Source: Nitrospirota bacterium
Lineage (GTDB): Bacteria; Nitrospirota; Thermodesulfovibrionia; Thermodesulfovibrionales; Dissulfurispiraceae
Reading direction: 5' to 3'
Assembly (NCBI GenBank): GCA_040758355.1
Contig: JBFLWF010000003.1
Span: 65,325 to 129,324 of the forward strand
DNA length: 64,000 bases
Shown: piece after piece, positions 37,813 through 47,684 of the stretch
How positions within the stretch are numbered: position 1 is the stretch's first letter
Layout of the letters: every line of letters begins with the position of its first letter
Program-made: the position numbers and the translations under genes
Notes under the pieces: generated by a model
Database searches by the model: none
Seen by the model: the letters and a program-made list of their open reading frames with translations, nothing else
Told to the model about the DNA's origin: nothing

Positions 37813-39150
37813 TTAACTCCTCCAATCGTAAATCTTTCCTTTGCATATTGTTATCACAGGCATCCCCTTCAGCATCCATCCATCAAACGGCGTATTCTTG
37901 CCTTTTGACAGGAAATTTTCGGACTCGACCTTAAACTCTCTATTTATGTCCACGATCGCAATATCCGCACAACTGCCGGCTTTCAAAGTCCCTGCGTTTA
38001 TGCCTAAAATCCCGGCAGGAACAAATGCCATCTTCTCAACGAGCTGCGGCATTGTTAGAACACCTTCGTGCACAAGCCTCAGGCATAAAGACAGCGCAGT
38101 CTCAAAGCCGGATATGCCCGAAGGCGCCTTATCGAATTCCTGAAGCTTTTCATCCCTGTGGTGGGGGGCATGGTCTGTGGCTATGACATCTATTGTACCG
38201 TCCCTTAATCCCTCCTTTATCGCATCCACATCCCTTTGCGTCCTTAAAGGGGGATTTACCTTGGCATTTGTATTGTAACCCTTCACAGCATCCTCTGTGA
38301 TTGTAAAGTAATGGGGGCATGTCTCTGCAGTCACCTTTACACCCCTTTCCCTTGCCTGCCTTATAAGTCTTATAGAGCCTTCTGTTGAGACATGGGCAAT
38401 GTGAAGTCTGCCTCCGGTAAGTTCCGAGAGGATAATATCCCTTGCAATCATTGCGTCTTCTGAAGCATATGGAATTCCCCTTAGCCCCATCTGTGCCGAG
38501 AGCCTTCCCTCATTCATTACGCCACCCTCGGAAAGGCTCATGTCCTCGCAATGGGAAATAATGGGCATATTCAATGCCTTTGAGTATTCCAGCGCCCTTC
38601 TCATTATCAGACTGCTCATAACAGGCCTTCCATCATCGGAAAAGGCAACACAGCCTGCCTCGTGCATCATTCCCATCTCGGCCAGCTCTTCACCCTTTTG
38701 CCCTTTTGTAACAGCCCCTATGGGATATACATAACATGAGCCTTCGGCATACGTCTTTCTGAGTATAAATTCCGTAACCGTCTTGTTGTCATTGACAGGA
38801 TTTGTATTTGGCATGCAGCAGACAGAGGTAATTCCTCCCTTTACAGCAGCCATTGTGCCTGTCTTGATTGTTTCCTTATATTCAAAGCCAGGCTCCCTTA
38901 AATGGACATGCATGTCAACAAGGCCGGGCAGGACAAATAACCCGGTGGCGTCAATAGTGCGGCAGTGCGACAGTGCGGCAGTGCGATAGTTTTTTAAAGA
39001 ATTATCTTTTTCCTTATTGACTGTCGCTCTATCGCTCTGTAGCACTATTCTGACTATTTTCCCATCTTCAATCACTATATCTCCTACCCCATCAATCCCT
39101 TGAGACGGGTCTACAACATGTCCGTTTTTTATAAGAATTGCATCAGGCAT
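37813..39150 (-). CDS. pyrC: Dihydroorotase
   Basis: PGLVDMHVHLREPG; CMPNTNP; IATDHAPH; SKGKNTPF. Confidence 0.97.
   Translation of the reverse strand: MPDAILIKNGHVVDPSQGIDGVGDIVIEDGKIVRIVLQSDRATVNKEKDNSLKNYRTAALSHCRTIDATGLFVLPGLVDMHVHLREPGFEYKETIKTGTMAAVKGGITSVCCMPNTNPVNDNKTVTEFILRKTYAEGSCYVYPIGAVTKGQKGEELAEMGMMHEAGCVAFSDDGRPVMSSLIMRRALEYSKALNMPIISHCEDMSLSEGGVMNEGRLSAQMGLRGIPYASEDAMIARDIILSELTGGRLHIAHVSTEGSIRLIRQARERGVKVTAETCPHYFTITEDAVKGYNTNAKVNPPLRTQRDVDAIKEGLRDGTIDVIATDHAPHHRDEKLQEFDKAPSGISGFETALSLCLRLVHEGVLTMPQLVEKMAFVPAGILGINAGTLKAGSCADIAIVDINREFKVESENFLSKGKNTPFDGWMLKGMPVITICKGKIYDWRS
38955..39047. repeat. In-frame inverted 8-mer array pair in pyrC
   Basis: (CAGTGCGR)4 at 38955-38986 and ctgtcgct ctatcgct ctgtagca at 39021-39044. 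Confidence 0.88.
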
Positions 39151-39151
39151 T

Positions 39152-40057
39152 TTAGCTTCTCCCGCTCAGTAAATACATGACAGCCATTCTAACAGCAAGT
39201 CCGTTTGTCACCTGCTCGAGGATTATGGACTGCTTCGAGTCCGCCACATCAGAGCTTATTTCTATGCCCCTGTTCATAGGCCCGGGGTGCATTACTATTG
39301 CATCTTTTTTGGCAAGCTTGAGCCTTCTCATGTCCAGTCCCCAGTTTTTGAAATATTCCAGCGTGGATGGAAAGAAGCCTTTTCCCTGCCTTTCCATCTG
39401 GATCCTCAGCATCATAATCACATCGGTATCCTTTAGTCCCTCATCCATTTCATAAAAGACCTCAACATCATGGCCTGTCATGTCAGGGATAAGGGTCGGG
39501 GGGCCTATGAGCCTGATGTCTGCACCGAATTTTGAAAGGAGGTATATGTTCGACTTTGCCACCCTGCTGTGAAGTATGTCTCCAACTATTGCGATCTTAA
39601 GCCCTTCAAGACTGCCCTTCTTTTCAATAATGCTGAAGGCATCGAGGAGCGCCTGTGTGGGGTGTTCGTTTATGCCGTCTCCTGCATTAATGACAGAGGC
39701 ATTTACATTCCTTGCAATGAAATGGGATGCTCCGCTCGACGAATGCCTCATCACAATAAAATCCACGCCGTATGCCTCGATTGTCTTGATGGTATCAAAA
39801 AGACTTTCTCCCTTAACAACGCTGCTCGTGGGTACAGAGAAATTCAGAACGTCCGTGCTAAGCCTCTTTTCTGCCAGTTCAAAAGATGTTCTTGTCCTCG
39901 TTGACGGTTCAAAAAAGAGGTTTACAACGGTCTTGCCCCTCAGGGCAGGAACCTTTTTAATATCCCTCCTCAAGACATCCTTGAACGACGATGCCGTATT
40001 GAGTATTAACTCGATATCATCTCTTGATAATTCCTTTATGCCGAGTAAATCTTTCAT
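39152..40057 (-). CDS. pyrB: Aspartate carbamoyltransferase catalytic subunit
   Basis: [30 protein letters not shown]. Confidence 0.98.
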   Translation of the reverse strand: MKDLLGIKELSRDDIELILNTASSFKDVLRRDIKKVPALRGKTVVNLFFEPSTRTRTSFELAEKRLSTDVLNFSVPTSSVVKGESLFDTIKTIEAYGVDFIVMRHSSSGASHFIARNVNASVINAGDGINEHPTQALLDAFSIIEKKGSLEGLKIAIVGDILHSRVAKSNIYLLSKFGADIRLIGPPTLIPDMTGHDVEVFYEMDEGLKDTDVIMMLRIQMERQGKGFFPSTLEYFKNWGLDMRRLKLAKKDAIVMHPGPMNRGIEISSDVADSKQSIILEQVTNGLAVRMAVMYLLSGRS

Positions 40058-40061
40058 AGAT

Positions 40062-40125
40062 TAGTGCGACAGAGCGACAGCGCGACAGATGTTATTTTTA
40101 AATTTTTCATTTTTCATTTTGCATT
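40062..40125. repeat. 8-mer (CAGNGCGA)3 and 7-mer (TTTTCAT-like) arrays at the pyrR/pyrB junction
   Basis: tagtgcga cagagcga cagcgcga cag; ttttaaa tttttca tttttca ttttgca. Confidence 0.75.
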
Positions 40126-40649
40126 AATATCACCCTGTCTTCAAGTCCCTCTTCCTCAAGCTGAACCTCTATGCTCTCCGACATCGAGGTGGGAATATTC
40201 TTGCCCGCATAATCAGCCCTTATGGGCAATTCCCTGTGACCCCTGTCTATGAGCACAGCAAGTTGTATCTGGGCAGGCCTCCCGAAATCCATCAATGCAT
40301 CCATGGCAGCCCTGATGGAGCGGCCTGTGAACAGGACGTCATCCACGAGGACTATTTTTTTATCGGTTATATCGCAGGGGATATCGGTCTTTCTAACGAT
40401 AGGCTGCTCCTTTCTGATTCCTATATCATCCCTGTAAAGGGATATATCGAGGGAGCCTACTGTAATATCCACATTCTCGATGTCCTTTATCCTGTTTGCA
40501 AGCCTTTTTGCGAGATGGACGCCTCCACGCTGTATCCCCACGATGCAGAGGTTTTCTGTGCCCTTGTTCTTTTCGATAATCTCATGGGCAATCCTCGAAA
40601 TGATCCTCTCCACGTCCTTTTTATTTAAAAGCTCTTTCATCATGCCCAT
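40107..40649 (-). CDS. pyrR: PyrR attenuation protein / uracil phosphoribosyltransferase
   Basis: [42 protein letters not shown]. Confidence 0.97.
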   Translation of the reverse strand: MGMMKELLNKKDVERIISRIAHEIIEKNKGTENLCIVGIQRGGVHLAKRLANRIKDIENVDITVGSLDISLYRDDIGIRKEQPIVRKTDIPCDITDKKIVLVDDVLFTGRSIRAAMDALMDFGRPAQIQLAVLIDRGHRELPIRADYAGKNIPTSMSESIEVQLEEEGLEDRVILMQNEK

Positions 40650-40682
40650 AAAAAAAGCCTTCCCCTGTCTTCAGAGGAAGGC
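40650..40682 (-). terminator. Attenuator terminator of the pyr leader
   Basis: GCCTTCCTCTG-AAGA-CAGGGGAAGGC followed by T7. Confidence 0.85.
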
Positions 40683-40719
40683 GTATTGTTTCGTATATGT
40701 GTTTCACCATGTCTCCTTA

Positions 40720-40752
40720 CCTTCTTAGCCTCACAGGGCTATCTTTAAAGGT
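40720..40752 (-). ncRNA. PyrR-binding RNA element
   Basis: CCTTTAAAGATAGCCCTGTGAGGCTAAGAAGG matches the CUUUAA...AGYCCNGNGAGGYU consensus. Confidence 0.85.
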
Positions 40753-40758
40753 CGTATT

Positions 40759-40787
40759 ATTAAAGCATAAATCTCAAATATTGTCAA
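40759..40787 (-). promoter_or_regulatory. Sigma70 promoter of the pyr operon
   Basis: TTGACA-17-TTTAAT with TG extension, immediately upstream of the PyrR element. Confidence 0.75.
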
Positions 40788-40866
40788 AAAATTTCTAAGA
40801 AGCTAAGTGTTTTTTCACAATCTCCGGCAACTGTCTTGTATCTATTGGGTTTAGCCATGTATCGTT

Positions 40867-42504
40867 TTAGGCATCATGTCTCCTAACCGGCATCATAAGT
40901 GTAAACTTGCTGCCTTTTCCGTATTCGCTTTCGCACCATATCCTCCCACCATGAAGCTCCACAAGTTTCTTTGTCAATGCGAGCCCGAGACCCGTGCCTT
41001 CATATTTCTTTTCATACGGTGACTCCAGTTGTGAGAATGGCTGGAACAGTTTTTCCATATCCTCTATCTTTATACCGATGCCTGTATCCTCGATGCTGAT
41101 TTCGATATAATCAAGCTCACCTTCCATGACCTTCCGTGCCCTCACAGCAACAGAACCCCCATCAGGCGTAAATTTAACGGCATTGCTTAAAAGATTGAAC
41201 ATTACCTGTTTCAGCTTCCTGTTATCTGCCTCTATATCTATGTCAGCATCCGGCTCTATGTCGATGTCCGTCTTGATCCTGTGTCTCATCGCCTTTTCCC
41301 CGAGCATAACCATTGATGCCATAAGCGCCTCCTTCAATGGGAATCTGCTCGGATCCAGTTCCATCTTCCCTGACTCCACTTTAGAGAGGTCCAGTATTTC
41401 ATTGATGAGATTAAGCAGGTGTTTGCCGCTGGTATGTATATAACTTACATACTCTTGCTGTTTTTCGTTTATCTCTCCGAACAGCCTGTCCTGAAGTATC
41501 TCAGAGAAGCCGAGTATGGAGTTAAGCGGGGTTCTGAGTTCATGGCTCATGTTTGCGAGGAAATCGGTCTTTGCCTTGCTTGCAGCCTCGGCCTGAAATT
41601 TTGCCTCCTCTGCCTCGACCCTTCTTAACTGAAGTTCACTGTTTAATATCTGAAGTTCATGGTTTGCGTCTTCAATCTCCTTTGTCCTTTCCTTGACCTT
41701 TTCTTCGAGGTTTTCAATCAGTTTTATGTTTTCATCAAAGACCGATCCGAGGGTCCGTGCCATGTGATTGAAGCTTCTGGAAAGTCCTCCTATCTCATCC
41801 ATGCCTTTTATCTCTATCCTTACATCAAAATGACCTTCCTCGATTTTCCTTGTGGCATCCTTTAGTCTCTGTACCGGTTTGACAATGCTGCTCCGTATAT
41901 AAAAGACAATAAAAATGCCTGCCGACAAGAAGAAAGAGAGGACATATATCCAGCGATAGTTAAAATCCTTTATTTCTTTTTTATAGTCCTCCTCGATGAA
42001 TTTCACAAACCTGTCTATCTCGTACACATAATCGTGAATTCTTGCGTCATAATTATCAATGATCGATCTCGCTTTATCCCCTTGGAGTTCCATCATTCTG
42101 ATAAGCATGGGCTTCAAACTCCTTCTCCATTCGTTGGTAATATTGTCAAGCATTATTGCTGCCTCTTTGTATTCGAGAGGGTGATCAATGCCCAATCCCC
42201 TATCGCCACCTTTCAAGGCTGCAGCTATCCTCTCAAACATGTCCATCTCGTGTTTAAGCTCAATAATAAGGGATTCCTTCAGTTGGGGATTTTTTGCCTC
42301 TATTATCCTGTGAATCAACCACCCCATCTCAAAAGAGCGGAACCTCATTTGCCCGGCAAGGTTTATCCTCGTGGCCTCGTCTTTTATGTGATGTGTTAAA
42401 ACAAAGCCGGAAGCAATGAATACGCCAAGAAATATGAGCACCACAGAGGATATAAAAACAAATTTTGCTGTAAGCGATCTAAATTTCATCATTTCCTTCG
42501 CCAC
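40867..42504 (-). CDS. Histidine kinase with a NarX/PilJ-type sensor domain
   Basis: P-box-like INLAGQMRFRS; HAMP; FLANMSHELRTPL; YEGTGLGLAL. Confidence 0.9.
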   Translation of the reverse strand: MAKEMMKFRSLTAKFVFISSVVLIFLGVFIASGFVLTHHIKDEATRINLAGQMRFRSFEMGWLIHRIIEAKNPQLKESLIIELKHEMDMFERIAAALKGGDRGLGIDHPLEYKEAAIMLDNITNEWRRSLKPMLIRMMELQGDKARSIIDNYDARIHDYVYEIDRFVKFIEEDYKKEIKDFNYRWIYVLSFFLSAGIFIVFYIRSSIVKPVQRLKDATRKIEEGHFDVRIEIKGMDEIGGLSRSFNHMARTLGSVFDENIKLIENLEEKVKERTKEIEDANHELQILNSELQLRRVEAEEAKFQAEAASKAKTDFLANMSHELRTPLNSILGFSEILQDRLFGEINEKQQEYVSYIHTSGKHLLNLINEILDLSKVESGKMELDPSRFPLKEALMASMVMLGEKAMRHRIKTDIDIEPDADIDIEADNRKLKQVMFNLLSNAVKFTPDGGSVAVRARKVMEGELDYIEISIEDTGIGIKIEDMEKLFQPFSQLESPYEKKYEGTGLGLALTKKLVELHGGRIWCESEYGKGSKFTLMMPVRRHDA

Positions 42505-42604
42505 ACTTAATAAGGTTACATCCTTTATTAAAAAGGTAATCTACAACAAGGCAATTGTCAATAAAATGTATGCTGGCAGGACTTGGGAATACACTTAGAT
42601 GGCA

Positions 42605-43183
42605 CTATTCAGAATCTGCAAGGCTTGTGGAACACTTGATGGCATCAAAGGCATAAAGGATCCTCTTTTCCTTTTCTGCCCTCTCTTGTGGATAGGATGA
42701 AAATGCGGTCTGTTGAACGATTTTCATGGCATCTTCTTTTGATGGCATTGCATCAAGCCCCTCTGCTATTAATTTCCCTTCGACAACATCAAGTATCCTG
42801 GCACTTTCGCTATCTGTCACGATTGCATACGGTATCTGGTAGGACTCAACAACACGGCTAAAGGCTATGGAGTGTCTCTCCCACGATTCAAGGGAACTCA
42901 TAACACATCTGATAACGCAAAATATCTTTCCGTCTATTTTCAGGATAATATCTGCCCGTGAATTAAAAGAGGCATCCGGAAGATCAACCCTGAAATCCCT
43001 GTTTGCTTCAATATCTGCATTAGTATAGCCCTTTTGGGAGATCAGGAAATCAATAACCCTCCTCTGAACCTGCGTAAGCTCAATATGTGAGAGATATTCC
43101 TCCATCTCAACCCTCTTGGCTAACAATTCCCTTCTTTCCTCGGGGCTTGTGGGAATTTTGCCTAATGGAATGTAAGTCGACAC
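42605..43183 (-). CDS. Stand-alone type I restriction HsdR N-terminal-like domain protein
   Basis: FLISQKGY, RADIIL, IPYAIVTD pattern; no helicase or hsdM/S genes nearby. Confidence 0.55.
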   Translation of the reverse strand: MSTYIPLGKIPTSPEERRELLAKRVEMEEYLSHIELTQVQRRVIDFLISQKGYTNADIEANRDFRVDLPDASFNSRADIILKIDGKIFCVIRCVMSSLESWERHSIAFSRVVESYQIPYAIVTDSESARILDVVEGKLIAEGLDAMPSKEDAMKIVQQTAFSSYPQERAEKEKRILYAFDAIKCSTSLADSE

Positions 43184-43707
43184 TATCCTTTAATTCCCTC
43201 TTTCAGAGTGAGACCGTACTTTTCATGCTCGAACGGATGAATGGCCGGAAACTTTGAATAGAGCCATCCTTTGAAGATAGTCTTTCCATTCTCGAACACC
43301 TCGACCCTCACTGCCGGATTGTTGGGCATATCGCTTGCCGATGTGATTGTGGCCTCATCCATTCTGAAGTCAGGGAGGAACTCGCCGACAACTATCCTCA
43401 GATTGGTATTTGGCACTTTAAACTCGGAACCGACATTCACTGTATATTCGCTGCTCTTTTTAGACGCCTTGTCTTCGATTGCGAATTTTACTTTATTCCA
43501 TTTGGCCTTGACACTATCCGGCACTAAAATCTTTTTCTCTACTTTTGGTCCAGCAGTTCCGTGAGGAGCCATCGAGGGCTGCATGGGTACTGACATTGGA
43601 GCCTGCTGCATCGGTGTTTTTGGGACAGGCTGTTCTTCCTTTTTTTTGCACCCGACAACAATTACCGATAACACAAGTCCGACAGCGATAACCTTCATAG
43701 TTTTCAT
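43183..43707 (-). CDS. Lipoprotein, DUF2155-like
   Basis: Lipobox VVGC; C-terminal NPAV...FKGWLYSKFPAIHPFEHEKY. Confidence 0.7.
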   Translation of the reverse strand: MKTMKVIAVGLVLSVIVVGCKKKEEQPVPKTPMQQAPMSVPMQPSMAPHGTAGPKVEKKILVPDSVKAKWNKVKFAIEDKASKKSSEYTVNVGSEFKVPNTNLRIVVGEFLPDFRMDEATITSASDMPNNPAVRVEVFENGKTIFKGWLYSKFPAIHPFEHEKYGLTLKEGIKG

Positions 43708-43726
43708 AATCTGACCCTCCAATTCT

Positions 43727-43769
43727 TTTATTTTTTACTTCTTACTTTTTACTTCTCACTTCTTACTTA
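43727..43769. repeat. 7-mer array (TTACTTY)n next to the tRNA 3' end
   Basis: ttatttt ttacttc ttacttt ttacttc tcacttc ttactta. Confidence 0.75.
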
Positions 43770-43775
43770 TAATTC

Positions 43776-43868
43776 TGGCGGAGAGGCAGGGATTCGAACC
43801 CTGGGTGAGGTGTTACCCCCACAACCGCTTAGCAGGCGGCTGCCTTCGACCTACTCGGCCACCTCTCC
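43776..43868 (-). tRNA. tRNA-Ser(GCT)
   Basis: GGAGAGG acceptor stem; anticodon arm GCCGC-CTGCTAA-GCGGT; long variable arm; GGTTCGAATCC; encoded CCA. Confidence 0.97.
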
Positions 43869-43962
43869 AAAAATTTTAATTATAATATCAACTCGAATGC
43901 AAAATTGTAAAGCAAAGCATGGTGTGATATGCTTAGCTTAAGAAAGCCGTTGGAGGTGACAT

Positions 43963-44847
43963 ATGAAGATATTGCTTGCAACAGACGGTTCAGCATACTC
44001 CGAAGGTGCTGCCAGGTTCTTATTACGATTTAACTTCTCGCAGGATGATGAAATTCTTGTATTGAACGTTATATCTCGAGTCCCTTTCAAAGACGACAGA
44101 GAGTCGTATTACGCAAAGATCAAACAGATAAAACAGGAAATAGCACCACGGATACTGGATTCAACGATTAATATTTTGAAGCCACTTAATGTAAAAATCA
44201 GCACCGCATTGCTGGATGGCTATCCTGACAAGGCCATTGTAGATGCAGCTTCAGAGTCCGGTGCAGACCTCGTTGTGATGGGTGCAAGGGGCCTGAAGGG
44301 AATAAAGTCCCTATTGATAGGCAGCGTAACACGGTCTGTTTCCATAAACTCACAAAAACCTGTGATGGTCGTTAAACCGCTCCAACGGGAAGCAACAGGC
44401 ACATTAAAGGTTCTCTACGCAACAGATGGCTCAAGTTCTGCCATTGATACGGAAAGGCTCCTGACTGCAATCCCTTTCCAGGAGGATGCCGAAATCACCA
44501 TAGTGAATGTCATACCTTCAGCCTATATCGACGTCCCTGAAAGATACTGGATGGAGGTGGACGAGAAGATCAAAGACGAGATTGCAAAAATAAGGGAGGC
44601 AGAATTCGGGGTGTCGGACAAGATCATCGAAGATGCACGTGAGACATTACGCGACAGATTTTCGAAAATAAAGGTATCAATAAAGTTTGGCGACCCGTCA
44701 CTGGAGATACTGAACGAGGCAGAGCAGTCGAATGCCGACCTGATCGCAGTCGGCAGCAGCGGAATGAGAGGTGTAAAGGGGATGCTCGGCAGCGTATCAA
44801 GAAGTATCCTCGGACATGCCGAGTGCTCTGTCTTGATAGGAAAATGA
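43963..44847 (+). CDS. Tandem universal stress protein
   Basis: Two USP domains (ILLATDGS..DLVVMGARG..IGSV; VLYATDGS..MLGSVS). Confidence 0.93.
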   Translation: MKILLATDGSAYSEGAARFLLRFNFSQDDEILVLNVISRVPFKDDRESYYAKIKQIKQEIAPRILDSTINILKPLNVKISTALLDGYPDKAIVDAASESGADLVVMGARGLKGIKSLLIGSVTRSVSINSQKPVMVVKPLQREATGTLKVLYATDGSSSAIDTERLLTAIPFQEDAEITIVNVIPSAYIDVPERYWMEVDEKIKDEIAKIREAEFGVSDKIIEDARETLRDRFSKIKVSIKFGDPSLEILNEAEQSNADLIAVGSSGMRGVKGMLGSVSRSILGHAECSVLIGK

Positions 44848-44860
44848 GTATAATAAATGG

Positions 44861-46246
44861 ATGGAGATCATCAAAAAAGTCAGGGAAACCATTAATAAAT
44901 ATCACATGCTGATTCAGGGAGATCACGTCCTTGTGGGGCTTTCCGGAGGCCCTGATTCAGTGTGCCTGCTCACAATCCTTCATAAGCTCAAACCGGAATT
45001 CGGCATCCATATATCCGCAGCTTATATAGACCATGGATTAAGGCCTGATGAAATTCCCGATGAGATAGAATTGTGCAGAGATATATGCAGTTCCATGGAC
45101 ATACCTTTTATAACAAAACCCATTGATGTAAAGTCCTATATAAAAGAAAAAAAGCTGAACAAGCAGGAAGCAGCAAGGGAACTGCGCTACAAGGCCCTTG
45201 ATGAAATCGCCATCGAGAAGGCTGCAAACAAAATCGCCCTCGGGCATAATGCGGATGATCAGGCAGAGACAATAATAATGCGGCTTTTAAGAGGCGCCGG
45301 TACTTCAGGACTTTCCGGCATACCGCCTGTGAGAAAATACATAATAAGACCCCTTATTGAAATCGAAAGGAGCGACATAGAAAAATTCCTTGAAACCGAA
45401 GGGATAGGCTTTGCAATCGATTCATCAAATCTCAAGCAAGAATACCTCCGTAACAAAATAAGACATCTCATTATCCCTGCAGCTAAAAAGATAAACATGG
45501 ATGTTGTAAAAACCATTTCGAGGACTGCGGATATTTTCAGGGACGAAGAGAGGTATTTTGAGATACTCGTGACAAAGACCCTTATGAAGCTCATAACGAG
45601 AAAGACCGACAATGCAATCGAGCTTTTCCTTGGCCCTCTGGAGGCAATGGATACGGTGATGTTGAGAAGGGTTTTAAGGAGGGCCATCGATGAGACTAAG
45701 GGGCTTCACGGAATCGGTTTCATTCATGTCGAAGAAATAATATCCCTGATAAAGTCGGGCAAATCAGGGGACAGGATATATCTGCCTAAAGATATACGGG
45801 TTATAAAAGGGTATTCTACCATTATCATTACATCCGAAAAGCCAACAAAGCTTGGTGCCTATGTTATAGACAGTCCAGGTGAAACTATAGTGAAGGAATC
45901 ATCCATGGTCCTTCATTCAGCAATTATGGGCGTTGACGAGGTAAAAGATTATGGAGATGCGCAAAAATTTGCCGTCATAGACGCCGACAAGGTTCATTTC
46001 CCAATGACAATAAGGGGGCGGCTGCAGGGAGATTTCTTTTATCCACTTGGATTTGGAAAAAAGAAGAAACTGCAGGACTACTTTGTTGATGAGAAAATAC
46101 CGAGGGATGAACGGGATGCGGTTCCACTGCTCATCTCCGGCAATAATATCGTGTGGGTAATAGGTTATAGACTGGACGAAAGATACAGGGTTGATAAAGA
46201 TACCAAAAGAGTTTTAAAATTTGAAGTAAAGCCACTAAAAATTTAG
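44861..46246 (+). CDS. tilS: tRNA(Ile)-lysidine synthetase
   Basis: SGGPDS; ARELRY; GHNADDQAET; IIRPL. Confidence 0.97.
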   Translation: MEIIKKVRETINKYHMLIQGDHVLVGLSGGPDSVCLLTILHKLKPEFGIHISAAYIDHGLRPDEIPDEIELCRDICSSMDIPFITKPIDVKSYIKEKKLNKQEAARELRYKALDEIAIEKAANKIALGHNADDQAETIIMRLLRGAGTSGLSGIPPVRKYIIRPLIEIERSDIEKFLETEGIGFAIDSSNLKQEYLRNKIRHLIIPAAKKINMDVVKTISRTADIFRDEERYFEILVTKTLMKLITRKTDNAIELFLGPLEAMDTVMLRRVLRRAIDETKGLHGIGFIHVEEIISLIKSGKSGDRIYLPKDIRVIKGYSTIIITSEKPTKLGAYVIDSPGETIVKESSMVLHSAIMGVDEVKDYGDAQKFAVIDADKVHFPMTIRGRLQGDFFYPLGFGKKKKLQDYFVDEKIPRDERDAVPLLISGNNIVWVIGYRLDERYRVDKDTKRVLKFEVKPLKI

Positions 46247-46268
46247 ATTGCGGAGGTAATTAAAGACA

Positions 46269-47684
46269 ATGGTAAATGATCATAGAATATCAAAGAAAAT
46301 AGCTGTCATAATCCTATTCCTGTGTTTGCTGCTGCCATCGGTAATACTGGCTGACACACCGGACAAGGAATCCACGGAGATACTTACGAAATTCGGTGAG
46401 GCTATGTCAAAGGTCGCAGAGCGTGTAAAGCCTGCTGTCGTAAACATATCGACATCACGAACTGTAAAAACACAGCGCCATCCTTTCTTTGATGACCCTC
46501 TTTTCAGAAGGTTCTTTGGAGACCCGGGACCACAAAAGAGAAAAGTAACAAATTTAGGCTCGGGCGTGATTGCAACACCCGATGGTTATATACTTACCAA
46601 TAACCATGTGATAGAAGGCGCCGAAGACATCATAGTGAAATTGTCAGACGGCAAAGAGTATAAGGGAAGACCCATAGGAATGGATTCCAGGACGGATATT
46701 GCTATTATCAAAATAAATGAAACCAACCTTCCCACTGTCCCATGGGGAGATTCCGATAAGTTAAGGGTCGGAGAGGTTGTGCTGGCAGTAGGCAATCCCT
46801 ATGGTTTAAGCCAGACAATAACCATGGGGATCATAAGTGCCCTCGGAAGGTCAGGCATCGGCATAACTGATTACGAGGATTTTATCCAGACCGATGCAGC
46901 TATAAATCCAGGCAACTCAGGCGGTGCCCTTGTAAATATCAAAGGAGAACTGATAGGCATTAATACAGCCATATTCAGCACAAGCGGAGGCTATCAGGGC
47001 ATAGGATTTGCCATACCCTCAGGCATGGTGAAAAATGTGATGGACAGCATCATCAATCAGGGAAGGGTTGTAAGGGGCTGGCTAGGTGTCCAGATACAGC
47101 CGCTCACACCTGAGCTTGTAAAACAGCTTGGCCTCAAAGACGAAAGCGGTGTGCTGCTTGTGGACGTTGTGGAGGGAGGCCCGGCAGACAAGGGAGGCCT
47201 TAAAAGATATGATGTCATAATATCATATGACGACAAAAAGACAGACAACCCATTCCACTTTAAAAATATGGTTGCTGCAACGAAACCCGGCAAGACAGTC
47301 GAGATAAAAATCATCAGGAACGGAAATCTTTTAACTGCAAAGGTTACCATAGCAGAACTTCCAATAGAACCGCAGATCGTTTCACCAGCACAATTCGAGA
47401 ATTCGTTAAGGGGCGTATCTGTTCAGGAAGTGACAGATGAAATCCTTCAGAAACTCGGCATCACAAGGAAGATAAAGGGAGTGTTAGTAAATAACATAGA
47501 AGAGGACAGCCCTGCCCTCGGCATTATTGCCAAGGGTGACATAATAATGGAGGTCAACAGAAAACCCGTAACAAACACAAAAGAGTACAATGACACTGTT
47601 TCAAAAATAGAGAAGGGCAAGGACATATTGCTCGGGATTATGAGGGGCGGCTTCCCTCAAGTGATAACAATACCTGCACGATAA
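46269..47684 (+). CDS. degP: DegP/DegQ (HtrA) serine protease with two PDZ domains
   Basis: LTNNHVI; QTDAAINPGNSGGAL; RGWLGV. Confidence 0.9.
   Translation: MVNDHRISKKIAVIILFLCLLLPSVILADTPDKESTEILTKFGEAMSKVAERVKPAVVNISTSRTVKTQRHPFFDDPLFRRFFGDPGPQKRKVTNLGSGVIATPDGYILTNNHVIEGAEDIIVKLSDGKEYKGRPIGMDSRTDIAIIKINETNLPTVPWGDSDKLRVGEVVLAVGNPYGLSQTITMGIISALGRSGIGITDYEDFIQTDAAINPGNSGGALVNIKGELIGINTAIFSTSGGYQGIGFAIPSGMVKNVMDSIINQGRVVRGWLGVQIQPLTPELVKQLGLKDESGVLLVDVVEGGPADKGGLKRYDVIISYDDKKTDNPFHFKNMVAATKPGKTVEIKIIRNGNLLTAKVTIAELPIEPQIVSPAQFENSLRGVSVQEVTDEILQKLGITRKIKGVLVNNIEEDSPALGIIAKGDIIMEVNRKPVTNTKEYNDTVSKIEKGKDILLGIMRGGFPQVITIPAR

Noticed and set aside
42605..43868. Restriction system or island integrated at tRNA-Ser
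   Set aside because: Only a lone HsdR-N-like domain; no hsdM/S, no integrase and no duplicated tRNA 3' end seen.
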